From Prorocentrum cordatum (taxonomy: Eukaryota), in the NCBI GenBank assembly GCA_963575745.1, contig CAUYUJ010000081.1, forward strand, positions 124,001 to 188,000: a stretch of 64,000 nucleotides of DNA, given 5' to 3'. The position numbers and the translations under genes were made by a program. Below the pieces are notes generated by a model. It had not been told where the DNA came from. It searched no databases and was given only the letters and a program-made list of their open reading frames with translations. Below, piece after piece: positions 1-12,429 of the stretch (positions are counted from its first letter, which is position 1; every line of letters begins with the position of its first letter).

Positions 1-1008
1 TGTATACCCAGGCAAGTCCCACAAAACCACTGATCCAGGGTCGCGGTAGGAAGCCGTCCAGCAATGGGAGTCCAGAGGGCACCGATCCATGGAGCCTGAA
101 GGGTACCACAGGCTGACTGGGAACAAGGACCAACGGAACAAAAACTGACGGCGAGCCAGTCGCAACGCAAGAAGCGCATCCAGGGTGTGGAGTATGAAGA
201 CAAGACAGAACATCCACAACTGAGATGCGACAGCCCAGATCCGACGAGTGGAAGGGCGTAGAAGAGCACGATGCACGGCAGACCCCGAGGATTATGCACA
301 TCTAAGGTGGCCCAGCGATGCCCAACCGAGTCGTCTAGCACAGAGGGGCGAGGACGCCTTGTACCCGAGACGTGTCCCTCAGAGCCAATGGATCCAGGGT
401 GGCGGCGGAAGGCCGTGCTTCTTGTTTGAAAGGTCCAGGGTGACGGCGGAAGGCCGATCGTTCGGTTAGAAAGTCCAGGGGGAAGCCAGTGGTCAGGCGA
501 GCCGTGGCCCACTGACAGGCCAGGAAGGCCTGGCGGTGAGACAACTACAGCAGGGCCTGAGGCCGCGAGTCCACTGCGGAGAGGCGGTGGACGGTATTGC
601 CGAAACGCGCACCTGGATCCAAAGGCAGGAGGTGCGCGCGCCGGGTGGAGGGCGGCAGATCGCCGCGATTAGGGGCCCGCGGCGCGGCCTGGGCAGCGCC
701 CGCTGGGACTCAGGAAGTGAAACAAGGCGGGGGGAGAGGAGCCGAGTGACAAGAGGGCGTCGGCCACCGGTGGAGAAAGGCAGTGATGCCAGTGGCAAGT
801 GGTCTGCAGGATGCGTGGTGTCACGCGCGGAGCAGACGGCATTACCGAACGGCGCCCCAAGGCCAAGGGTGAGAGAGGGTGCCGCTCAGGGGAGGGGAGG
901 CAGAGCTGCCCCAGGTTGAGGGAAAGGGCGGCAGAGGGCCGCGGTGGCGTGTTGTGAAGCGCAGGTGGTGGGGCGGGCACTGAGGGGCGGTGAGGGCAGA
1001 GAGGGAGT

Positions 1009-4000
1009 TCAGTCTCTCCAGCGGAGTCTCTTTTCCTCTCGATCATCCCGATCATCAGGGTAGCCTCCGCCGCGCTTGCCACCCGCCTGCCAGTGATCCT
1101 CACGCCATCCGTCGCGCCACTCGCCCTGCCAACTGCTCCAGGTGTCCCAGGAACTTGTCGCGCGGTCGCGCCAGCCCGTGTTGCGATAGCCGCCTTTGCT
1201 CCAGTCGTCTGTCTGGGAGTGACGCAGGTAGTTGGCTCGTATCTTGTTCCAGTCGATATCATAGCCCAGCCTCCTGTTCATCTCGCAGGCGTCGTACCCG
1301 CAATCCTTCCAGGCCTCTAGGAAGTTGATGATATCCGAGGGCATGTGTAGTTTCGGGTCCAACTTGGGCGCCCTCCATCCAGGGAGCAGGGTACGCTGCG
1401 TGTTCGCTGTCCACAGTGCGCAAAAGACTGCTCCCAGCTGCGACTGAAGCCTGGGCATGCGACTGGCTGGTGTCTCGTCGGGACGTTCGAGTTCGACGGT
1501 GCCCAGCCTGACTTTGTACATTGGGCCGCCTCCATCAGGGCAGGACAGCATGTTGAGTGCGTCCTGCTCCGAAGAGCCAGTATGGCGAGAGTAATGGGGC
1601 CTCCGCTCAGGGGGCGTCGGGGTGGGCGCGGGAAAGCGCTCGTGCCGCGAGCCGCCACCGTCGCTGGTCCTCTCGTGCCTCGCGGGGTCTCGAGCTGGAG
1701 CCCTCCTGTGATCGGCGTAGGGCGTGTCTTCTGCGACTGAAATCGCGGTATCCTCGCGGCTGGTGTCAGAGCTGCCCGCCGACGGGCTACGCTGTGGGGC
1801 ATCGCCGCCTGAGCGATTATCATCACCCTCCTGGGCCGACTCGGAAGGCGTGGGAGGACGGGCGGGTCCATCCTCTTCGTAGTCGGGCTCCATCTTGTGA
1901 AGGGGGAGCCCGTCTTCCGCGCCTTCACCGCTGTCGTCGTCGGGCGGGTCATGGTGGCCCATGCGTGAGTCGTCTGCTGAGACCTGAGACCTGTCTGTGT
2001 CGGCCGCCACCGGAGTATCTGGCCTGTCGTCGCCACCAGAACACGCGCCAGATGGCGGGGACCCTGCCGGGAAGGTGATCTCTGGCGCCGCGCCAGAGCT
2101 GCCTGTGGGGCTGGGTCCAGGGGGATTGCTTGCTCCGACCTTGGTGAATTGGTCCTGGGCCTTGGCGTCCTCGCCAAGCCACGGGAGGGAATCCACGATG
2201 TCCACAAGTGCCTCGAACCCAATCTGGCTGCTGAGCGGGGGAAGGGCCGGAGGTTCATCTGGATACAGCGGCCTGAAGTCGCGATCCAGAATGTGGTCCA
2301 GGGTGGCCGGGCCAATGTTCCAAATCGGGACCAGACAGCGCCGGCAGCACCAAGTAGCGTTCCATTGGCGCCCCCACCAGGCCAGGGCACGCTTATCGAT
2401 GGGGGGCAGCCCATGTTGCTCGGGAGCTCCTATGTCTTCAGCCGGCTTCCATATGAAGCACCCCGGCGGCGGAGAGCCGGGGTCCCAGACCAGGAGCGGG
2501 GCCCCCTGGGGGCAGGTGTCGCACCGCGCGGAGTAGGTCCGCGTTTGAGCGGCTTTGATACCGAAGCGGTCGTCCCCGATGCGGAGGACCGGAATGGTCG
2601 TATTGGCACACTCGGGGATCTTCATGCCCGTCGGTTCCATGAGGAGGTCATCTAACTGCCTCGTGTCCGCCAGGGGGCTGCAGCCGTAGCCAAGCGGAAG
2701 GAGTCCCAGGGAAGGGAGGGGACTCCCTCTGTCGTTGCCGGTCCCCGATATCTGCTGCTCATGTTCCTTGATTCTGTCGGTGAGCTTCGTTCCGGCAGGC
2801 GTAGGGAAGCCATTGTCCTCGAGGTTCCGTATCCAGCAGCCAGCGCAGTACCAGCCCATGTTGGCGCCGTTGATGTACGCCTGAAGTCTATTCTGAGCGA
2901 CCATCTGGCGCGTGCTGTCGGAGATCCAGGTACCTTCAGCGGCAGTCAGGTGGTCCTTCCCGCAACTGTCGCACGTGTATATGTTGTTCTTCTTTTCAAG
3001 CGCGAGCCTTTCGTCTGGGATGAACGGAGGGTCCAGTCTGGTGCCCAGTGCCGGTGCCGGTGGTGGAGGGGCATTGAGGTCGGTCTGGGACAAGGCAAGT
3101 CCGCCGCCGACGTAGGAAAGGCCCCCAACCCTGTCGTCGGCACCGAGGGAGGCGTCGGAACCAGCCAGTGCGACGTGCAGTACACACACTGAGCAGTCGC
3201 CCGTGTCCAGGCAGCTGGGAGTTGCTGCCGGGACGATCCGTTCGAGAACGATCATCGGCGCTTGCAGCTGGAAGTCCTGTCTGCCCATCTCGCTCCAGGT
3301 CTGCGGGCAGCCGGCTTCCTGCGCAGCCGGGTGGTGATGGGCCAAAGCCACGAGCTTGGAGATGTGTGGTAGCACTGCCTCGATGCGACTGTGCAGGTCG
3401 GCCAAGTCTTCCAGGGTGAGGCTCCAGGTGCTGGCGAACCGGCTTCGGAAGACCTGGTGGACCTCTTGCCAGGGTACGCAGAACCCCAGAATGGCTTCGA
3501 TGACGTCCCCGGCCTGCTCTGCGTGAGAGGAAGGCCATAGAAACACTCGCGGCTCCAGGAACATCAGCGTCATGACCACCAGAAGCGAGCGGGCCTTGCA
3601 GGAATCCATGGGCTGGCCGTCGGTGTCTAAGAGTCCCTGACGGAAATCTTCCATCGAGGAGCCGCACCCCCGGATGATGTCTCCCAGCCCGGTCATTCCA
3701 GGGTGCTTCCGGTGTCTGCTGGGGACCTGACGGAAGAGTCCTTTGGGAGTACACTGGCGGCGCTTCCACAGCGTTGCACGCCTGCCGCTGGCGTGAGGCA
3801 ACGGGGGAAGGGAGTCGTCGGGAATGGCGTAGCTCGCATCCCTCCAGGGGGTGCCTAGGCCGAGCGACCAGACCATTGCTGCCCACAGCGTGCTGTAGAC
3901 TAGATTGGTCGCGTCGAGCCCGAGAGACATGTCGAACAAGAACCCCAGGTGCGACCAAGCCTTGCGGTCGAGCATGCCCGGCTGCCGCGGTGTGTTGGCC

Positions 4001-4400
4001 AACGTGAACTCGTGGGGATGCAGCCCGGACATAAGGTAGATGAGCACGTGGAAGGCCGGCGTCGAGAGGATATCGTGGAGCCCTCCCGAGATTAGCTTGC
4101 CCAGGGCGTCCCAGTCGAAGCTCTCTTCCAGGGGTGCATTGAACCGCTCGGCGAAGCAGGTGGCCTGGGCATCGCGCGCTTTCTTCTTGGCGACGTCCAG
4201 CTCGTTCTGTCCGTTCTCCCCCTTTGCGACACTGCCCCAGGCAGGGGGCGAGGGAATCCACGCGGCAAGGTCCTGGAGTGGGTCGAAGCTGTCGTCAATG
4301 TCCAGGGGGGGCCTGCGGCCCACGGGGGTGCTGCCACGAAACTGGACCCAGAGGCGAAACAGTCCCCCGTACTCTGAGAGCACGCGAAGCTGCGACCATG
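1009..4400 (-). CDS. C-terminal part of element polyprotein: unknown domain, two CxxC...CxxC putative Zn modules, acidic and RG/W-rich low-complexity tail
   Basis: ORF 1009..5007, same frame as the helicase C-terminal motifs. CDSC...CAGC (~2836-2973) and CDTC...CRRC (~2335-2523). Stop at 1009. Confidence 0.6.
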
Positions 4401-4409
4401 TGGCGTTGG

Positions 4410-6230
4410 CGAACATGCGACCGTCTCCCAAGATCCGGATGTTCCGCTTGGCCCTGGTGATTGCCACGTTCAGGCGCTTGGCGTCGTCGACGAAACCCCA
4501 GTTGTAGCTGCCGTTGCTCCGGGTAGTTAACACTATTACGATGTTCGCCTCGCCTCCCTGGCTGGAGTCGATTGTCGTGAGTTTGAGAGCCCCAGTGCCC
4601 ATGTGCTCGCCCGCCACCTGTCGTAGTCCAGGGAAGGTAGAGCTGATGGCAGTGTTAGCATTGTCGTCTTCCCAGAACACCTGTTGCCAGCGGTGAGTGC
4701 CCACCCTGCGGCCTTGGGGGGGTTGTCCAGGGCCAGGAATATCCTGACCACCGCGTCCAGGACCGTCTTTCCCCTTGCCGGGCTGCCCTTTGGCGCCGCC
4801 TCTGGTGCTACGCAGAACGCCGGTGAGGTGACGAGGACCCTGCGGCCATCCGTCCATGAGAATGGCCGTCTGGAGCTGGTAGCCGACCACGATTCTGACA
4901 GCGGTGCCCTTGTGGAGCTCCGGTAGCAGGGCGCGCGCAATATCCACGGCTTGGGCCGCTTCCGGAAGATCGGTGAAGCCTGGTTGTAGCTCGGAGGTGA
5001 CCTCCAAGGAGGGTGTAGGAAACGGTGCTTGTCTGGGCCCAGCGGCGGGTCCAGGGGCTCAAGGGTGGCGCGGAGGTCACTTTCGTCGGAATCGGTGAGT
5101 GTAGCCAGCTTTGCCACTCGTCCAGGTCCCCACGCACGAATGTCTCTCCAGGGGGTGCCCTCAACTATTGGCCGCTCTCTGACCGGATCCAGGATGCCAG
5201 ACTTCATGCCTTTCCCGTAGTAGGCTGCGTTCGGGAAAGCGAGTAGCTGAGGATGCATCCGATAGCAGATTGAAAGGTGAACTACTGAAGACTCCTGGCC
5301 GCGGAGTGCGTGGGACATCCTGTCGAAGATGCTGACGCAGAGCCCTAGTTCGTTCGCCAGTTTGGAGAGCACTGTGGGGGGCAGCTGGTTGGGGTCTCCG
5401 ACGAGGACCACGGTCCCTTCGCTGTTAATCAGATTTACCATGGACATGAGCGCGTGGAGCTCAGTGGCTTGTCCGGCCTCGTCGATGACTGGGAGGAAGA
5501 TTTGGGGGCTGTCCTTTTGACCAAGTGCCTCTGGCGCCTCGTGCGTGGACATGATTATCCTGGCCTGACGTAGTAAGCTCGCCTTGTAGGGCTTGAAGCC
5601 CTGGTTCTTGTCCCCGTCCTGGAAGGGGAACTCGCCGTGGGCGTTTCTGTAGTGACCTTCGGGAGTAAGGTCAACAAGTGCCTCGTTGACCCGGCCCTTC
5701 CTTGCCAGGCGCACGAACTTGTCGGGGAAGCCCGTGTCTTGGTCGAGGCGCCGCTGACGTTGTGCCTCGATCATTGCCAGAGCTAGTTGGTCGACCGCCG
5801 CGGTGGACCCTGCTGCCAAAGCGACAGCGTGTCCAGGGCGTAGGCAGGAACCCCGCATGTCCAGGCAGGCAACTGAGAAGGTGGTCTTGCCAGTTCCGGG
5901 GGGTCCGTGCACTAGAACAGCATGGTGGTTCAGGGTGGCGCGCAGGGCACAGGTCGCATCGCCGTTCGGCCTGTGCTTGTCGATAATCCTGTGGAGCGTG
6001 TCCACGCTGGGAGTAGGACGCACTCTCTGAAAGACGGAGCCTGTCGCATCTGAGATTTCATCGTCAGAGAACGTCTTTAAGCCTTGGGGGAGAGGCGGTG
6101 CCTGCAGCAGCGTGCCGTCTTCGACTGCTTGCAAGTGGTCGGCGTCTGGGACGTTCCGCTCAAGGGTGGCCTCCGCCCTGGCTTTAAGGCTCAGCCCCAG
6201 GGAACGCATGTGTCCCAAGTCGTTGGCCAA
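4410..6230 (-). pseudogene. Upf1/DNA2/NAM7-like superfamily 1 helicase (AAA_11 + AAA_12 type), frameshifted
   Basis: ORF 4536..6230 has VHGPPGTGKTT (Walker A ~5884-5907), IDEAGQATE, VLVGDPNQLPPTV, SIFDRM and YRMHPQLLAFPNAAYY. ORF 1009..5007 continues with TIDSSQGGE, GFVDDAKRLNVAITRAK and ILGD. Confidence 0.92.
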
Positions 6231-7861
6231 GGTTCGATCCGACCGAGGGGCGTGAACAAAGGCAAGAAGGTACGTCAGAGGTGAAAGCTGGTGGCCGAGC
6301 AGATCCGCTGGGTTTTGGCGCAGGTAGTAGATCTGGTCCAGTGCCGAGCATTGCCGCCCAAACTGGATGTCAGAAGGGGCTTCATCTACACGATATCAGG
6401 GGAGATCGTCGCTAGGGGGGCGTCTCGCCTTGGTTTCGTCTTCGTGAAACTGTCCGCTCTTCCCATGGTTGTAGACGACGATGCAACAGTTTGAGGGGTA
6501 CCTGTCGGAAGGGCTGAGACCTAGCGCTTGAGCATCCCTGGGATGGATGTGACCGCCCAGGGCGGGAGGCCACCAGACTGAGACGTCAGCGATTTTGTCT
6601 ACCGTCGGGCCCGTGACTGAAATGTAAAGCCACCTGCTCTCTTTGTCACGTTCCAGGGGTCTGGTCGCGACCTTGCACATTGAGGGCCACTCCAACAACA
6701 TAAATTCCTTACCGATGGGTAGGCGCATGGCGTTCCGCAGCCGAAAGGTGTCCAGGTCCTCCAAGCGCGCATTGGCATCGATCCTGGTGACGCGAACTCC
6801 GAGGGCACAGTTACCCCGTCTGGCTAAATCCTCTCGCGTGGAGCCTCTGCCGTCGTCTACCGTCTCGACCGAGGCTTGGCTTTCGACCCAGGCGATCCCC
6901 CTTAACGTTTGCCCTCGGTCCTGGAGGGAGTAGGGCCATTGTGAGGGGAGTCGGACGGCATTGATTAGTTCCCCGAGCGCTGCCTTGGGGTGGACTCTAG
7001 AGCGCGGGGAGTCCACCGGAACCGAGTACAGGTTGGCGACGTCTGAGGCTGCCTGCGTGGCCAGTGAATCTCCCAGGGCAGCTGGACTTGTCGGAGAGAG
7101 AGCCTCAATCTCCGTCTCACTGCCCTCGGCCAGCTGGACTGTTCGCTGCCGGCAGGGTGGGCTCCAGGCAGGAGGGGGGTGAGACGGCGGGGGCGGAGGG
7201 GGAGGTGTCCCAGAGGAGCCTGCGGCCTGTCCAGGTGAAGGGGGTAGCCAGATGGACGATGTCGCCCGCATCCTGTTCCCGTCGCCGTCCTCGGGCTGTC
7301 TGAGGCCCTCCCTTGCGGCGCCCAGCCTGTCCATCATGTGCGAACGAACCTTCTCCGGCTCCACCCTGGTGCCTCCTGGGCAGTTGTATGGCGACGGATC
7401 GTCCCAGAGGGGGTAGGTAATGGGCACGTGCAGCGCGTCCTCGAGGATTGCGATGCCAGGTAGCGAGCGCACCCCGTCGCGGGTAACCAACGGCTGGACT
7501 GGCAGCCGCGCCAGGCTAACCGCGTGACAGACACCTGGTGGGTAGCGTCGTAGGGGGTCCCTCCGCACACGCACCAAAGATTTCCAGGAGTGGTGAAAGT
7601 GTTCGGGTCTGGCCACCCGTCCTGGTACCGTGCCACCGACATGTCGCAGTGCTTCGCGCTTAGGATGTGTTCAGTGTCGTCGACGGGCTCCTGGCAGATC
7701 TCGCACCAGTGTCGCCAACCGCCGTGGAAGTAGACCCAACGCATCCAGGGACAGAAGCGGGCCAGGAAGACGCGCGTGCCCGCGCGCATTGGCGGCCCTT
7801 CGTCACTGCACGGTAGGCAGGAGGGCCAACGGCGGAGGGGGCCCTGGTTGTTTTTGGGCAT
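6231..7861 (-). pseudogene. Linker segment with a C2H2 (U1/matrin-like) zinc finger and Pro-rich region
   Basis: WCEICQEPVDDTEHILSAKH at ~7645-7710 in ORF 7334..7861. Coding continues in ORF 6396..7616. Confidence 0.5.
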
Positions 7862-8149
7862 TGTCCAGGGTGGGAACCTGTCCAGGATGGCAGCGGAAGG
7901 CTGCGCTTCTTGTGATGGCAGTGACGCTGCGACCCGTCAGGACCTTAGTGTGTCGCGGCGGGGGGGCGATCAGAGAGGGAGGAGGGGGGGGGGATTTTCG
8001 AGGGCATCAACGAACAGCGCAACTTGGTCCAAGTCACAGAGGTCGATGTCCGCGGCAGGAAACAGGGGGGGGGGGGCAGCTGGGAGCCCTCCCAGAAGAC
8101 CCAGGAAGTGACGGCTAGATCGCCGGCGCGACGAAGGGCATCGGCCCAG

Positions 8150-8565
8150 AAGACACCTAGTGTGGCAAGACGGTCAGCTGCTTTGTTGAGGCGACGACGC
8201 ACGGCCTGCCATGTAAGTGTCCATCCGGCTTCGCTGGCTTGCCGAAGGGCGAAGTCCATCTGCTGTGCCAGGTGGAGCCGGCGATAGCGGCCCGTGCCGG
8301 CTCCGTACCGGATGGCGGCAAGATTGTCGCCGACCACCCGGGCACCTCGGAGGGTGGTGTCAAGGTGGGGGAGCAGGGCGAGTCCCGCTCTGCACCCAGA
8401 TGCCTCCGCCGTCTGTGCATTGTCGCAGCCCGGGAGGGCAACAACGGTAACCGCGACGCGCGTAGCCGCGGTGCGGGTCGTGTTTCCAGAGGACAGCTGC
8501 CGCCCCGGAGACCTTGTCGTCTCCCCCAATTCGGCGAGCCCCCCCGTCGAAGGTGAGCTCAAAGG
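8150..8565 (-). pseudogene. Ribonuclease H domain (archaeal/plant-L1-like subtype), one frameshift near 8460
   Basis: ELTFDGGAR...GAAAVL in ORF 8360..12565, then NAQTAEASG, VVGDNLAAI and WQAVRRRLNKAADRLA in ORF 7945..9105. All four acidic catalytic positions (D, E, D, D) are recognisable. Confidence 0.9.
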
Positions 8566-8604
8566 GCCATTGGGCCGCATCGGCAGCGGGGAGCGGGGAG
8601 TCTC

Positions 8605-8850
8605 TGACGGTGATCTCCTCGCCAGCTTCCATGTCCCTGCTGGCTCTGAGCACCAGGGTATGCAGGTCGCAGAGTCGGCAGTAGCTCTTGGTCCAGAGGG
8701 CACTGGGGGACCTGTCTGTCCTGGGGCAGGGGAACCAGCCCAACCCAGGCGGCATCCAACTCGCTCTGGTGTCGCCCGTTTGGAGAACGGCGAGCCGATC
8801 CCCACTCCGCACGATCCTGGTCGTGACAGGGAGGCGCCGGATTTCCCCTC
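8605..8850 (-). CDS. Degenerate SET-like domain
   Basis: LPVTTRIVRSGDRL resembles SET N-terminal xFATRDIxxGE. LVLRASRDMEAGEEITV resembles SET C-terminal ALRDIxxGEEITxDY. The NHS motif is not intact. Confidence 0.5.
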
Positions 8851-9253
8851 CAGCGCGTGGAGCTTGTCTGCCGAGATGCGGACCAGCGGCCCCCTGAATG
8901 CGCAGCAGGTGCGGGCCTTGGGGATTGCGAAGTTGACAGGGGAGCAGCATGGGGGCCCAGACTGCAGTTTCGTCCGCCGGTGCAGCAGGGGCCTGCCCTT
9001 CTTGTATGTCTTTTTCCTCCTCATTGTCTTCCTGGAGGTCGGTGTCTGGTACGGAGATCCCCTGGACAATGATTCTGGCGGCTTCGACAGCTCCGATGGG
9101 GGCACAGTCCAGGTTCACACAGTATCTAAAGGAGATCTGGTGTAGAAGGCGGCAGACCAGTCTCTGGTGCTGCCCCCTGGAGCATATCGCGGTGGGAAGG
9201 TCTCTGGGGTGGTCAGGGCCTTTGGTCTTTTCCCAGGCGAGGGCGGCGGCGGG

Positions 9254-9307
9254 GCACCAGCCCCACACGTGCTCAGTAGTGGCTTCTCCCAGGCCGCAGA
9301 GAGGGCA
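9254..9307 (-). CDS. CCHC zinc finger of LINE ORF2 (zf-RVT-like)
   Basis: CPLCGLGEATTEHVWGWC, followed by AAALAW. Confidence 0.85.
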
Positions 9308-10299
9308 GGCTCCGTAGAGTCCTTGCCGTATGGGAACGGTGATGTGCCCGAGTTGCCCTCTTCTCTCCGTAGCAAGTGGACGCAAGTCCTCGGGCAAAGC
9401 GTCGTCGCCAAGGAGGGGCCAGAGGGAGGCCTCTCCGGTCCAGGGCCCGAGGCACGAGTCGCACCAGGCCTGACCGCGATCCCGTTGTCCAGCGGTGAGC
9501 CAGACTCTATTGGCCATCCTGCCGCAGCCGCACTGGTGGGGGATCCTGTCAGCGACGCTTCGTCTACGCGCGGATCCGGGTAGTCCGTTGGCCAGAACGC
9601 GGAGGACGTGGCGCGCCTCGGTGAAGGAGGCGCAGTGCCCGAGAAGGGACCATTTCGCACCGTCTGTTTGAGCCCACCTACGCTCGTGGCTGGTTGTGGA
9701 GAACCAGGAGCTCACCACGTGCCCGTGGAGCTGCGTCCAGGCCGCAACGTAAACTACGCGCCCGAAGTAGCGGGCCCGGCGCCTAGGGGGCTCTCTCAAG
9801 GCGCGATTGAAGAGGTCAGCGGCCCTGGCGTCGGTCAGCACTTTGGAGCCGGGCCTGCGTGGCTCATCCCGAGGGGCGAAGTCCCGCGCCCATTTCACGA
9901 GTTTGTTCCACCTTCTCCCCGCCTTATGTCTCGCCTGTAGGGCCCCCCACAGGTCGTCAAGGGCGTGCGCCCTGGCCGCGATCGCACGCGAGGTAGCAAC
10001 CGGGCATTTGGGGCAGCCAGGGACTTGGAAGCGGATGCCCAGACCAGTGAGGATGTTGTCTGGGATCCAGGAGGCAGAGGCAAGACCAAGGGCTACCCGC
10101 AGGTGTGCTCTGAGTGCCCTTTCTTGCACGGTGTCAGGGAGGGAGTAGTGGGATGGGTACGGGATGAGCGCGATGAGGCAGGTGTTCCAGGCGAGGGCGG
10201 TTTTAGTGGGAGACATGCTTGAAAGGTGGAGGGCCATGGCCCGGCCCCGTAGCTTGGGGAGGGGTTTGCCCCAGGTGCCGGCGACGAGAGCGTCGAGTT

Positions 10300-11560
10300 G
10301 TCCCTTTGTCATTCTCCCCCTGGGCGGTTGATTTTCCCTTTCGGCAGCCCTAGATACGAAGGCGCCGAGATAGGGCCACTGGGGACGGACGGCGGATGAG
10401 CCGAAAGGGGTGAAGCCCGTGGTGCGTCTCCACCAATCGTGGTTGCTGGCGGGGACCAGGGCCGTTTTAAACTTGCACATGCATGGGCTGGTCCAGGGGG
10501 AACACTGAGCCGCAATACTGGAGCCAGCAGCGCGACTGATCATTTCCAGGAGGAGCCCGGCAGGCAGACCCGTAACAGTTGTGGTGGTGCCATCATCGCT
10601 GAAGTCCACCGGGGCGTTGTCCAGGTACTGCCTGATGTTGATACCGGATGGGGCTGCAATGCCCCTGCACTGGTGGGCTTCGACGAGGAGCCCCGCCGCT
10701 CTTGCGAGCCAGGGCAAGGCGATGCCGGCACGCAGTGATTGGGCGGTGGCGCCCAGCAAGGCAGCGAGGTCGTCCACGTAAGTCGGATCGTCCGCCCCGG
10801 TGATGTCGGCCAGGGCGCTGATGAGAGGGTCGTATCCTAGGCACCAGAGGAGCGGGGAGGCGGTGCCTCCCATTCCGATAGACTGTAAGAGCGTCCTTAT
10901 TCTGCTTTTGCACCTACCTTTGCAGGTGCGTACGCTCCTGTTACCGACGAGGCAGTCCACGGAGTGCAGGAGCCAGGTCGAGAGCTGCCAACGCCTCGCC
11001 AGCTGCCCCATCCACTGCAGGGATATGCGCTCGAAAGCTTCGTTTTGATCGCAGAAGAGAACAGCCGTGCTCGGGGCAGGGTCTAGTTGCCGAGCGGCGT
11101 CCAGTATATAGCGGTCAACAGCTTCTTGGTGTGCGCCAAGCAGGGCGGTCCAGGAGGGCCCGGGTTCGGTGTCGGGGACGGGATCCAGGGCAAGATGGTT
11201 GGTGGCAGCGGCAATGTTGGGGCCGCATTGTCCCCCGCGCTTGGCAGCTTGATTGGGGCTAAGCCTGGGTTCAATCACAGGGCCAAGGCAATCGGCAATG
11301 GTCGCCCCATGCAGTCTCCGTCGGCAAGTGGGGAGCTGCAAAGGACGCATGTCGTTAGGACGCTCTGCGGCCGGTTTCTTGCCGATCCAGACCAGAAGGT
11401 CGACGGAGGGGCCAAGGACCAGGTCCAGGAGCCCTGGGTTCAGTGCCGCGGCGTACCAGGCTTGGGCGAGGAGTCCAGCAACAAAGCGCGCACCGGGATG
11501 ATACAGCTCGCACGGCTCACCGTCAAAACCGGGGGCGCTGCCGCTAGGCCCCAGCACGAG
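10300..11560 (-). CDS. Non-LTR reverse transcriptase domain
   Basis: Within the 1401-aa ORF 8360..12565: SAPGFDG, MRPLQL, LSPNQAA, FCDQNEAFERI, SIGMGGTASPLLW, YVDD (10769-10780) and WPYLG. Confidence 0.95.
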
Positions 11561-12429
11561 GGAGGCAATCCTGCCCCACTGTGGGCTGGGAGAGTGTGGG
11601 GAGTGCCCCGTGTCCTTTTGTCTGAAGTACTCGTTAAGGACGCCGTCCGCTGTAGGGGGGAGGGGGCGGGCGGTTTGCCAGATCGGACTCCGGCTCCGCC
11701 AAAGGACGTCGTCAACTTCCTTGGTGCGCTCCTTCCAGCTTCCATCTTCGTCGCGTACTCCAAGGATGGCATGCGTCCTGACGAAGATTTCTCGCCCCGT
11801 CCGGTAGTGAGAGGCAAGCGCGGGGCGCTCCTCTCCGGGGCCCCTTTGCGCGGGAGCGAGGCAGGTGGCGCGTCTCTGCGCAGCGTCATGGTCCCACCTT
11901 CGCAGCCAGAGGGCAGCCTGCTGAGGTGTTAAGTCGTTGCCGTCCCACTCGTATTCCGCGAGCCAGGCAGCAAGTGCTCCCACCGGGCGCGTAGTGGAAT
12001 CCGATCTTACCGCGGCCGCAAGCAGGGCCCCTGGCGAGCGGTTGGTTTTGCTTCTGCGCCACTTCCTCCACCAGTCCTGTATTGCGGCTGACAGGGCGTG
12101 TCGACCAAGCGTGAGGAGTGCGGGCAGAAGCGGGACGGTGTGGTCATCACCCAGATTAGGGGCCGGGGGAGGAGTGGAGGGTTCCTGCTCTCTTTCCCCT
12201 TCGCCGTCGTCGTTGTCGCAGTGACTGGCTGGGAATTGACCAGGGGTGGCTGGGCGGACCCAGTCGGCGGGTTGAAGGAGGCCGGTCAGGTCGATGTCCG
12301 GCAACTCGAAGGTGCGCTCAAGAAAGGAGTACAGAGTCCTGAATTCAGCGTGCGCCTCGCATGGGAGTAGGCGGAGGTCGCCCGCACGAATGGCGTTGCC
12401 CCGGCGAGTTCTGGGGGCGCCCTGCGGCT

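Noticed and set aside
966..973. TGGTGGGG matching the flank at 26701 as a target-site duplication
   Set aside because: Only 8 bp in G-rich DNA, no 3' tail is adjacent, and element-type motifs continue to 393.
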